A stretch of DNA of 64,000 bases from an uncultured Gammaproteobacteria bacterium (lineage in GTDB: Bacteria; Pseudomonadota; Gammaproteobacteria; UBA9214): contig CAVYZN010000009.1 of assembly GCA_963773065.1 (NCBI GenBank), positions 96,001 to 160,000 of the forward strand, read 5' to 3'. The notes beneath the pieces were generated by a model. It was given only the letters and a program-made list of their open reading frames with translations. It searched no databases and was not told where the DNA came from. Of the stretch, positions 53,734-64,000 are shown in pieces. The stretch's first letter is position 1. Every line of letters starts with the position of its first letter. A program made the translations under genes and the position numbers.

Positions 53734-56211
53734 CTAACGACAAGTCCGGCTGCGTCGGCTCCACCCAAGCCAAACAATAAAACCTGCCAGCAACCACCAA
53801 TCACCGCGATGCGACGGGTTGGCGCTACTTGCCAGGGTGCAGCCGCCGCTGTTGGTCGTGCGGTTGTCGACGAAAACCACACCGCCGCCGGCGCGCCGCC
53901 GCCGCCCATTCCGCGGGATCGGTGATCGTTCCAACTGCCGGGTCCTTGTCGTTGGGACCGTTGTCCTGAATGGTCAGTTGCAGACAGAATGGCCGGTAGT
54001 CAGAGGCCCATAGGCCGGACTGCCCGGGTCCGGGCACTGCGTGTCTCCGGGTACGAAGGGGGCGGACAGAATGGTATCGCCCTGGGTCGTATCGAAGCTG
54101 ACCCAGTCTGTATTAAAAATGCGCCAGACGGGTTTATTTGGAACACCGCCCGCCAGTGGAATCACAACGGAAACACTGGGGGTGGTGACATTGCTGACGG
54201 TGAAGTCAAAGCAATCGCCGACACACTGCTGATCAACCTGGGTGTCGGCGCGTTACCTGATCGACAGTCAGCCTGTTTGCCGAGGTAAGGGTGCCATTGC
54301 TGGTCTTCAGGTTGCCATCGAGAAAACCCACCACGCCATTGAGGAACAGCGTATAGGGCACCCCGTTGAAACCGGATGGTTCTCCCGGAAGATCCTGTAC
54401 ATGGGCGGCGTAATTTAATTCAAACGTCGATTGATCCGCGCAGGGCGCCGGTGTGCAGGTAATCAATGCGAAGCCAAGGTCCTGCGGGAAGTCGCTGCTG
54501 CCCCCCAGATTGATCGCGGCAATTCCGTTCCAGCCAACGAACCACTTGGTGATAAATTCCAGAGTACCGTCAGGGTTGCCGGTGACGCCATTGTTCCGGG
54601 TCAAATGGAAACCGGTATTGCTGAAGAAACTCCAGGCCGCGTCGAGTCCTGTTTGTTCGTTGCCGTTGGGAGCCCCCGTATGCGAGCCGGTGGCCGGCTG
54701 GGCATGTCCAATCACAACCCCGCCGGCGGGTCCGGGCGTCATCGTCGTATAAATGAGGGTGGTCGGGGTCACCTGCATGGTGAAATAGGAACCGGATTTG
54801 GCGGCACGCTTGAATTGGTTGGATCCCCAGGGACACCCGCCTCGAAGAACAGCACCGGGATGATGTCAGGGTCCAGCGCCGGGGGCCAGTCGGAAGCAAT
54901 TTCTGTGACATCGATAGTGACCGTGGCGATGTTGGATTGTAGCGGGGGGTTGAAGGTATCGATATCGCTGACCTGGTAGGTGCAGGAGAATTGCCCGGAT
55001 GCCGAGGGCGGTGTTTGTGAATAGGTAATGGTCCCGTTGGCGTTGGCGATGCAACTGCCCACTGCCGGCTGGGTCAATACGGTCACCGACGCGGGGTTGA
55101 TCCCGCCCGGCAGGCCCGGGGCGTTGTTTGCATCCGTGTCGTTGGCCAGCACATCGATGACCAGGCTGCCGCCGGCATTATCCAGAGCGGCGGTATTTGT
55201 CTGAGCGGAATCATTGCCTGCCACCGGCGCCACGTTGGCCTGTACATCGACTGAAACCGTCGCCGCATTGGAAGTGCCGAAGGCGTTGGCGACGGTGTAG
55301 TCGAAGGCGTCCGCGCCCTGGAAAGGCGTACCCGCGGTGTTCGGTGTATAGGTGGCGGTGTTGTCCGCGTTGCCGATGGCCGTGCCATTGGCGGGCGGGG
55401 TCGTTATGGTCACGGAAGCCGCGTGTAAACCCGGTGGCGGAACTATCGTTGGCCAGGACATTCACGGTAACGGGATTGCCAACGATGGTCTTGGCCGAGT
55501 CGGGATTGGCGACCGGGACCGCTCCTGACTGGTTGACGACGCCCTCCAGGTGCAGCTCGTAATTGCACGCCACCGAAGCCGGAGGGATCGCCGACCGGCA
55601 CGGTCGCACGGTAGTCCAGGCTATAGGCGTCGCCATACACGCCGTCCCAGGTGAAGTTGCCCACGCCATTGGTGAAGGTGCCCGTGGCGCCGGTATGGCC
55701 GGCGCCGGTGCCGGTCGCCCAGGCGCCGGTACCCATGGGGATAGCGGGGATGCTGTTCCAGGTCACGGTCCAGCCGCTCATGTTCAGGCCGGCGGTGGTG
55801 CTGCCGGTGACGCCGACGGTCGTGTAGTCGCTGCCGGTGTTGTTAAAGAAGAACCACGGGGCATCGATGGCATTGGTGTCGCCCGCGGTCGGCGCGCCGC
55901 CATGGCTGGCGCCGGCCGCGGTGGTCGTGCCGATGATGAGACCGGTGGTGCCCTGCTGAGAGCGGGACTTCTCGGTCTGTTGAATCTTGGAGTTGCCGTT
56001 GGTGTCCATCGCGAAGTAGGAACCGGTAATCACCAAGGCGTTCGCTGCCGGTGTTGGTGCCGGTGATGGTCAACTGATCCCCGTTGTTGGGCGTAGCGGC
56101 CTGCGCGCCGATCGCGGTAAAGCCCATGACAGCCGCCAGAGCGGCGCTAAGTACGGTTTTTTTGATGTTGCCGGCGGACCGCGCTTGGCGAGTGTTTTCA
56201 AATTGAAACAT
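53734..56211 (-). CDS. Large surface protein, heavily frameshifted: signal peptide, two copies of an unrecognised domain, two Ig/cadherin-like (Big_9-type) domains, choice-of-anchor-like domain, JDVT-CTERM-like sorting tail
   Basis: AIGAQA signal; PVANPD..VNVLAND and APVAGND..IDVLANDTD; CLQLTIQDNGPNDKD..GTITDP; tail NSGGCTLA...GDWWLLAGFIVWLGWSRRSR; RBS GAGGAGG. Confidence 0.75.
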
Positions 56212-56337
56212 GGGAAACGACCTCCTCATCTACAGAATAATTATCATGCGGCCTTGCCGGGCAGGTATGTCAGTGCCGAGGGTTCCGCGACTGTTGTTCG
56301 TATGTTCGGGGCAGTTGCGATGTGCAAGGTATGCCTG

Positions 56338-57645
56338 TCAAAGCTTGTACCCGAAGCTCACCCCGAATGCATCCTGGTGCATTTTCAGTTTCGCGGTATT
56401 GCCGATCAGCGTGGGACCTTCCTCCTCATGCTCGAAGGCATGCACGTAGGAGAAGCTCCACTCCACCTGTTTGCTGGGACTGTAGGTCGTGCCCAGGGTC
56501 AAATGGTTCTGGACCACCGCGGGCGCCACGATGCCAAACAGCAGCGGGCCCCTGGCGCCGGAAAGGTTGGGATTGTCGCCGTTCGTTACCTCGCGCATCG
56601 GGCTCTTGCCGTAGTCCCAGCCGGTGCGGAAGGTCCACTCGCTGTTGTAGTCGTAAAGTATGCCGATCTTGAAGACCGTCTGGTCGCGCCACTCGAAGCC
56701 GAGGCCGTCATCCTGCCCCAGGGCATTTTGCTGCTGGCTCTCCGGGAAGGGCGAGCCGCTCACGTTGACGGTTTTGTTGCCGATGGCGGCGACGTCCGAG
56801 TAGAGGGTGCGGGTCACGTCGAAGCCCACGGTGAGTTTCGGCATGAACTTGTAGGCGATGCCCACGCCGAAATTCGCCGGCGTGTCCAGATCGCCCTGCT
56901 CGGCAAACAGGTCCTCGTAGTCCTTGAATCTCGTCATATAGATACGGGAGGTGTAGACGGCGCCGAGTGACAGTTTCTTGTCAAGAAATTCGCCCATCCA
57001 GCCGAAGCGGGCTCCCGCGCCATAGGCATAGTCGTTGCCGTTATTGGTCAGCTTGTCGGTAAACAGGCCGGTGCTGGTGAAGTTGGAGAAATAATCCAGG
57101 CCGAACGCGCGGAATTGCTGGATGCTGATGACCGGCGACAGGCCGATGGTGTTCTCCTTGTTGATATGGTAGGAAACCGTCGGGGCCATCTGCAGGATGG
57201 CGAGGTTGACGCCCAGGGTCTTGTTGACGTCGGCGCCCGTCAGATTGTTGTACAGGTTGGTGTTGTAACGGCTGCCGCCGCCGCCGGCCGGGATACCGGA
57301 AAAGCCGAAGGACAGCTTGCGATTGAAATTGTAGACAAACGCCATCGCCGGAAAGGCATAAAGATCGGCGGTGCTATTTACCTTTAACCCGCCGAGCTCG
57401 GCCGAGGCTTTGGGTATGAAGATATCCATGCCGGCATCGACGCGGCTATCGACAAAACCGATGCTTGCCGGATTGACGGCCCCGGCAACGGCGTCCTGCG
57501 GCATGGCGATGGCGACGCCGCCCGCTCCGCGCGCCTTGGTGCCCTGGCCGATCAGGAACATGCCGTTGGTGGCATGGCTTGCGGTCGGGAAGGCAATTGC
57601 GGCTACGATCGTTATCGTCGGCAGCCATTTGTATATTGGTTTCAT
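56338..57645 (-). CDS. OmpP1/FadL/TodX-family outer-membrane transporter
   Basis: ATNGMFLIG..GAGGVAIA, NPA hatch motif, FAEQGDLDTP, C-terminal GYKL. Confidence 0.88.
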   Translation of the reverse strand: MKPIYKWLPTITIVAAIAFPTASHATNGMFLIGQGTKARGAGGVAIAMPQDAVAGAVNPASIGFVDSRVDAGMDIFIPKASAELGGLKVNSTADLYAFPAMAFVYNFNRKLSFGFSGIPAGGGGSRYNTNLYNNLTGADVNKTLGVNLAILQMAPTVSYHINKENTIGLSPVISIQQFRAFGLDYFSNFTSTGLFTDKLTNNGNDYAYGAGARFGWMGEFLDKKLSLGAVYTSRIYMTRFKDYEDLFAEQGDLDTPANFGVGIAYKFMPKLTVGFDVTRTLYSDVAAIGNKTVNVSGSPFPESQQQNALGQDDGLGFEWRDQTVFKIGILYDYNSEWTFRTGWDYGKSPMREVTNGDNPNLSGARGPLLFGIVAPAVVQNHLTLGTTYSPSKQVEWSFSYVHAFEHEEEGPTLIGNTAKLKMHQDAFGVSFGYKL

Positions 57646-57961
57646 CAAGCACTCCTCCGGATATTTAGGGTCTTTTTGGGACTTATTCATCCATCGTCAA
57701 GCCGGCAGACTACGCATGTGACCGTAACCTGGGTGACTCCATATCAGTATCAAACCAGGTGTTTATTTCCTCGACTCGAGGTTTTTATGCTGAATTTTGG
57801 TATGGTTCTCTTTAAGGTCCTTTGTTATCAAGCTGGTTCTTTCTTGGTTTGTTATTTAGACCTTAAGATAGTGACAACGAATTATTAGGATGCAGGGATA
57901 GTGTATAGGCGGTCGCGTTTTGTCAAGGCTGCCGGCGGAATTTATCGTTAGAGCATATCGT

Positions 57962-59485
57962 ATGCGGCCAAACAGACCATCCTGCCCCTGCGGCAGCGGG
58001 AAACCCTACCGGAAATGCTGCGGGAAGGGGACGCCGGTACCCGGCGCCAAGCCGCGTCTGGTCGCATCTGCCGGATGGCCGGCGCCTGCCGGCAGCGCAG
58101 GTGATCCAGGAAGGCATGGCCTTGCATCAGGCCGGGCGCGTGCGCCGCGCCGCCGAACTCTACCGGCTCGCCCTCGAAGTCGAGCCGCGCCAGGCCGACG
58201 CGCTGCACCTGCTCGGGCTGACGGAGCACCAGCTCGGTAATAACGCCCGCGCGGTCGAACTCATCCACTCCGCCATCGAGATCAATCCCCGGGTGGCCAT
58301 GTTCCACAGCAATCTCGGCGCGGCGTATCGCGCCCTGGGCGAGGCGGCGCCGGCCGAGGCCGCCTGCCGTCGCGCCCTCGACCTCGATCCGTCGCTGCCG
58401 GAGGCCCATCTCAATCTTGGCGGGGCGTTGCTGTTGCGACAGGAGTTCGATGCCGCCTTGGCCGCCTATGCCAGGGCGCTGGCGCTGCGGCCGGGCTATG
58501 TCGATGCCCTGCTGGGACAGGGCGATGCCTTTCTGAGCAGGGACAGGCACTCATCGGCATTGCAGAGCTATCGACAAGTCCTCGAGGCGCAACCCGCCAA
58601 TGCCGCCGCGCTGACCCGCATCGGCATCACGCTGCGCAAGCAGGGGCGGATGGAAGACGCGATCCGCCACTACGAGGAGGCGATCCGCCGCTGCCCGGCA
58701 ATCCCTGAATTGCACAATAACGTCGCCATCCTGTATCAGCGTGCCGGGCGCCTGGAGGATGCCGCGGCCAGCCTGCGCCGCTTGCTCGAACTTACCCCGG
58801 ACGACGCCACGGCACGGCACCTGCTGAACGCCGTGGAAGGCACGACCACGGCGGCGTGCCCCGGCCGGGTATGTGCGCGATGTCTTCGATGGCTATGCGG
58901 AGAATTTCGAATCGCACCTGGTGGAAAAGCTCGGCTATCGCGTTCCTGAGCAATTGGCCCAGATCGTGAAACAGAGCTGGGGTGAGGGTGCGGCTGAAAA
59001 GACAGCGTTGGATATGGGGTGCGGCACTGGTTTGTTCGGGGCTGCCATTGCCGATGCGTGTCAGCGGTTGGTTGGTATCGATATAGCGCCAAAGATGGTG
59101 GCCAAGGCGCGGGAGAAGGGCATCTATACGGAGCTAGTCGTTGCCGACATCCTGTTGTCTCTACAAGAATTGTGCGGCGGCAAGTTTCGATCTGGTTGCG
59201 GCAACGGATGTATTTGTTTACATGGGCGACCTGGCGGCGATATTCATGGAGACTCGTCGGGTACTGCGCTCAGGCGGGCTTTTTGCGTTTTCTGTTGAGT
59301 CCGTATCCGATGGTGGTTCCGATTATGTGCTCGATATTACCGGACGTTACCGGCAATCGGAAACCTATCTGCGCCGGCTTGCCGGGAACTGTGGTTTGAG
59401 GATTGCGCATATCGCACCTGTTGTCATCCGCCACGAAGCAGAGCAACAAGTCTGCGGTTATCTCTGCGTGTTTGTCGCCCCGTAA
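57962..59485 (+). CDS. SEC-C motif + TPR + SAM-dependent methyltransferase, frameshifted
   Basis: CPCGSGKPYRKCCG; TPRs; VRDVFDGYAENFESHLVEKLGYRVP; LDMGCGTG; DVFVYMGDL; FAFSVE. Confidence 0.85.
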
Positions 59486-59642
59486 AATTTGCATGTGAGC
59501 TATCGAAATGCACTGGCAATTTAGCGGCGTTCCACGGGGCGGGTGCATAGGCCGCAGCTCGTAATGCACTGGTTATTTTTATCATCTGAGGGCTAGTGCC
59601 ACAGTCAGTTACGCATTGCCAGTGCACCAAGCTTCCCACTTT

Positions 59643-61740
59643 TCAGTGTAGCATCTTCTCCAGGTTGCGGGTGAGGAGAAGGGCGTCTGTGAGCGGTGAG
59701 TTTTCCATTCTCGTTCGAAGTCCCTGACGAATTCCATCCAATTTTACCCAATCAGTAGCCAGTCGGTTGGCGATCGCAAGGTACTCCTTGTTGCTGTGGG
59801 CAATGAGCTCTGGCATGCCCAGATTACTGAGTTGACTGAAACCAACTCGAGATACATGGGTGTTCCCTTCGAGTGTAATGACTGGCACACCCATCCACAG
59901 TGCGTCACAGGTCGTAGTGGTGCCGTTATAAGGGAAGGGGTCGAGCCGAATATCGATGTTGTTGTAATGTGCGAAATGTTCTTCGGACGAAGTGCTGTGG
60001 CAAAGCAGGTGCAATCGCCCCTCGAGTGGGGCATGTGAAAAGAAAGCGTTCTGCAGTGCCTGACATCTGGCGGGGTCATCAAGGGCATTGGTCTTTAATA
60101 CCAGGCGGGAATCGGGTGTTGAATCCAGAATCCTGGCCCACAAGGCGATGACTTCCGATGTGATCTTGGTCAGATTGTTGAATGAGCCAAAGGTTATGTA
60201 GCCATTTCGGAAAGCTGGGAGTTGTGCAACCCGGGGGTAGTTGTCGGGGGGTTGATAGCATGAGAATGAGTGCGGCAGTCTGATTAGTCGCTCGCTATAG
60301 TACTGATCTGTAACGCCAGTCAGGGTCCGAGTATTCGTCCGTGATGCGGATATCCATCGAAGACAGCCCGGTCGTGTTTGGATAGCCTATCCATGTTATC
60401 TGTATAGGTGCCGGCTTGCGAGCAAAAACCAGAAGTCGATTGCCGCCTGTATGCCCGTTCAGATCAATCAGGATATCAATCTTGTCGTCACGTATCTGCC
60501 GTGCTGCTGCGTCGTCTGACAGGCGGGCAATGTTGCACCACGTTCCGGCGTAATCCTGGATTCGGCGCGTTACATCATCTTCAGTGAGCGAATTTGAATA
60601 GCAGAAAATCTCGAATTTGTTACGATTATGATTGCGTAATACGGGCTCGATGAAGTGGGCAACCGCGTGCTTTCTGAAATCGGAAGACACGTAGCCTATC
60701 CTGATCCGCCTATCGGCTGAGCGGTCATTGTGATGGGGATGGACAGATGAAAGTAACGGTGTTTCAAAACGTTGCGCGAATTTCAGATGCTCTAGGTATA
60801 TGGCCTTGGCGTCTTGGTGAGTCAGGTAATTGAGTGCCATCAGCAGGCTGCTGTTTGTGTCTGCGTAGTTTGGCGCGAGTGTCTGCGCCTTTTGATAGTG
60901 TGTAATAGCTTCCTCGGCGCGACCTAGAGAGGCGAGTGCGTTGGCAAGATTATTTTCTGCCTGAGCGAAGCTGGGGTTGCGCTCTAATGCGAGCTGATAA
61001 TGTGTGATCAGGTCGCTGGTGCGATTCAGCTTTAACAGTGCAATTCCAGTTGCGCAGACCAGCGTTGGATTGTCCGGATAGGTGATTATTGCCTTTTGGC
61101 AGATGGCTAAGGCTACATCCGCTCGATCCTGTCGATACAGAATTTCAACGAGGGTCGGGTAGGCGTTGAAGAAATCTGGTTTGGATTCCAGTAGCCGTGT
61201 TATGAAGTGAGCTGCATCATCCGGTTTGTTTTCCGCAAGTAACGCATTCGCCATGAGGTAGAGTGATTCAGGCATGTCCGGTTGCAATGCCAGTGCTTTT
61301 CCGCAGGCCATCGTGGCTTTGTGATGCATGTGCAGCGCCAGATAGATTTTAGCCAGATTATTGTAATAGATGGCGATGTCTGAATTTATCCCTATAGCAT
61401 TCTCGACCAAGGTGGCGGCGCCCTGATGATTTCCCATCTGATGCAAGATCAGGCCCTTCAGGTGTAGTGCGTCGCTATTGCCGGGAACGACCTGCAGTAT
61501 GAGTTCGTAAATGGCCAAAGCCTGCCCAAGCCGTCCGGATTGATGGAGTTGAACGGCGCACTGAATAGCTGCCGGGACTGGGGTGACCGTGCCATTTGGA
61601 AGCCTGACTGTGGCGTTGGTTGCGCCGTCTTTTATCCGCTTATCCTTGCTGATTTGTTGTCTTGTGCCTATTCTGCCGCAGCAGTTTTTGAATTTTTTGC
61701 CGCTGCCACAATGACAATTCCTGCTGCGTTCAGAGTTCAT
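59643..61740 (-). CDS. SEC-C motif + TPR + GT41 (SPINDLY-like) protein, frameshifted
   Basis: CHCGSGKKFKNCCG; TPRs; RIGYVSSDFRKHAV, DLNGHT, WIGYPNTTG, LDPFPYNGTTTTCDALWMGVPV. Confidence 0.9.
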
Positions 61741-61788
61741 TGTTAATATCAGGCAGGCTGCAAAATGCCAACGATCTGGGTTGGGGAG

Positions 61789-63595
61789 TCAGCTTTCGCT
61801 ATATCCAAAATAATCAATGTAGCGTTCTAATACCGGTAGCACTGGTACCATATATTCCTCGTAGCGTTTCCAGCGATACTTGGCATGCTGATAAATGGGT
61901 TGCGTTACCTGGTGATAACTCGGCGTATGGATGTGGTGCGTCCGTGCATGCTCGTCGTGGTGCATCACCCTCTCGTCCCACTCCAGCCCAAGGAAATCCA
62001 GCAAGCGCCGCGACTCTCCGGCCGGGTCCGCCACTAGATCCTCGTAGCGGATGCGATGGTAGTCGACCGGCAGCACCGCGATATATTCCCGCCACAGCGA
62101 CATCACGCCGGCATAGGCCGCGGCGGTTTTTTCCAGGGTAAAAAAGGTCGACATCGCATTGTTGATGACGAAATTCTGCATGAAACAACTGAAGGTAACA
62201 TCGCAGGGGTGGCGTATGGCCAGGATGCACTTGGCCCTGGGGAAAAGCCGCCAGATCAGCGGGACCTCCACGGTGTTGAGCGGCATCTTGTCGACGAGGA
62301 TACGGTTCGGGTCGCGCCGCACGAAGCGTGCCGCGGCATCGAAATATACCTGGCGCAGCCGGCGCACATCATCCAGGGCCAGGGAGGATAGCGGTTTTCC
62401 CTTCAACGCTAGTTCGACCTCCGCGATAGTGGGTTTTTCCGGAATGGCCTGGAGGCGCGGATGGCTGTCCAGTATCTGCTCCAGCAAGGTGGTGCCGGAA
62501 CGCGGGAAGCCGAACAAAAAGATCGGGTTGCCGGTGCAGTCGTCATCCGGGAAGGACTGCCAGGTTTCGGGGTGATCGGCATGGAATTGCCGGCGCTGTG
62601 TTTCAATATGTGTCAGATACTGTTCACTTGCCGTGACGTCCGATAGCATGGAACGGGCCTTGAGGCGGTTGCCTTCGCTCAGGCAACGGAAGGCGCGCGC
62701 CGTCTCCTTTTTCTTGTCGTACAACTGTCCGAGCAGTAACAGGATGTCATGTTGCACCGATTCGGGGATCCGGGTACGGAGTTGTTCCAAACGGGCGATG
62801 GCCTCGTCGGTACGTCCTTCATGGCGGGCGATGCGCGCAGCGGCCAAATTCATGGAAGGGGAGTCTGGGTCTATAGCGAGTCCGCGCTTGACCCAATCCT
62901 TTGCATCGTCATACTGATTGGATTTCTCGTGCAACTCCGCCAATATGATCATGGCATCCAGAAAATTCGGGTCCCGCCGCAAAGCCTCCCGGCAATAAGC
63001 TTTTGCCTCGTCATAATCACCTTGCATCTGATTTAGCACGGCGAAATTGCACAATACCTGCGGCGGCCCGGGTTGCAGCTCATTGGCGCGCTGTAAACAC
63101 CGCGCCGCTTCCTCGATATTTCCCAGGGCGAGCAGGAGCGCGCCCCGGTTACTCAGTGCCTGCAAGGTAGTCCGGCTGCAGCTCGATCGCCCGGGCGTAA
63201 CTCACGTCCGCCTCCACGCAGGCGCCGGTCTCGCGCAGGGCGTTGCCGAGCAGGTAATGGGTTTCGGCGACCTCCGGCTGCAGACTCAATGCCTTGCGAT
63301 AGCAGCCGATCGCCGCCGGCAGTTGTCCCTGGTATTGCAGCGCCGTGCCGAGGATCTGGTGGGCGGGTGCAAAATCCGGGTTCACGGACAAGGCATGCCG
63401 GGCCGCCTGTTCAGCCTCGATATAATGACCGAGCTTGCGCTCGATCAGTCCCAGCAGGGTCCACGCCTCGGCGTCCCTGCGGTCGGCCTGGCAGACCTGA
63501 GTGCACAAGCGGTGAGCCTCGGCGAATTGGTTGCGGTTGAGCAGTTCCTCTGCCTTGAGTTTCTTGGAGCGGGTCAGGATGTTTTTCTTGCTCAT
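61789..63595 (-). CDS. TPR + sulfotransferase; frameshift near 63160
   Basis: TPRs; PIFLFGFPRSGTTLLEQIL (PAPS loop), DKMPLN, RHPCD..SCF, RYEDLV, TPSYHQV. Confidence 0.92.
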
Positions 63596-63648
63596 GGGTC
63601 ACGATTCTGTGGGGTGCGATAGAGATTGTGTCGATTCATAAAACCCAT

Positions 63649-63738
63649 TTTCACCGCAGAGACGCAAAGATCGCAAAGGAATTCTTATAAATAAAAACAA
63701 TTAACCAGCTTTGCGATCTTTGCGTCTCTGCGGTGAAA
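63649..63738. repeat. 30-bp perfect inverted repeat with AT-rich spacer
   Basis: TTTCACCGCAGAGACGCAAAGATCGCAAAG and its reverse complement at 63709-63738. Confidence 0.85.
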
Positions 63739-64000
63739 TATAGTGTATTAGGTGGGCACTAGAATCGTGCATCCTAAAGAACCGCTGCTCAATTGACAAT
63801 TTATCTGACAATTCATCACCTTCGCATGTGGCGGACAGGATTCTTGTATCTGACTGATAAATAATGATAAAGGCATTTGTCGGGTTTACTTACAATTAAA
63901 TGTAGAAGTGAATATTCACGCATTACAATAGCTTATATTTGATTGCAGCGAATTCCGCACCCATGACAGATCTGTAGGCTGCGGATTTTCTGTCGGTTGA

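Noticed and set aside
1-64000. rRNA, tRNA, prophage or anti-phage defence genes
   Set aside because: None recognised by eye; small RNAs such as a GlmY analogue cannot be excluded without a covariance search

Overview
Gammaproteobacterial-type chromosomal window dominated by cell-surface and glycan functions. Many genes carry single-base frameshifts that look like long-read indel errors, so ORF fragments were joined by hand. Left to right: (1) a secreted protein ending in an orphan PPNPPTGLIVN tail, then polysaccharide-tailoring genes (GT4, methyltransferase, deacetylase, GT2) interrupted by an IS66. (2) A glrK-qseG-glrR locus with a 1.6-kb duplication, interleaved with three paralogous surface proteins that share a signal region and a C-terminal FN3-like domain but have different stalks; TGTC-N10-GACA boxes and sigma54 promoters lie upstream of two of them. 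(3) Housekeeping genes (dedA/PAP2, hemL, thiE, thiD, rubredoxin), T2SS gspG-N, yrfG and cysQ. (4) A wza / beta-barrel / GumC / tyrosine kinase / ExeA-ATPase / galE / vanZ EPS export cluster. (5) A protein-decoration island: three TPR-GT41 (SPINDLY/OGT-like) genes, a TPR-sulfotransferase and a SEC-C/TPR-methyltransferase around a FadL-like porin, a JDVT-CTERM-like surface protein and an unrecognised ~160-aa domain present three times. Best candidate for an undescribed system: a GlrR/sigma54-coregulated split-FN3 docking scheme, in which surface stalks display FN3 domains lacking strand A and a secreted protein carries the missing strand as its C-terminal tag. This is an inference and needs structural testing.
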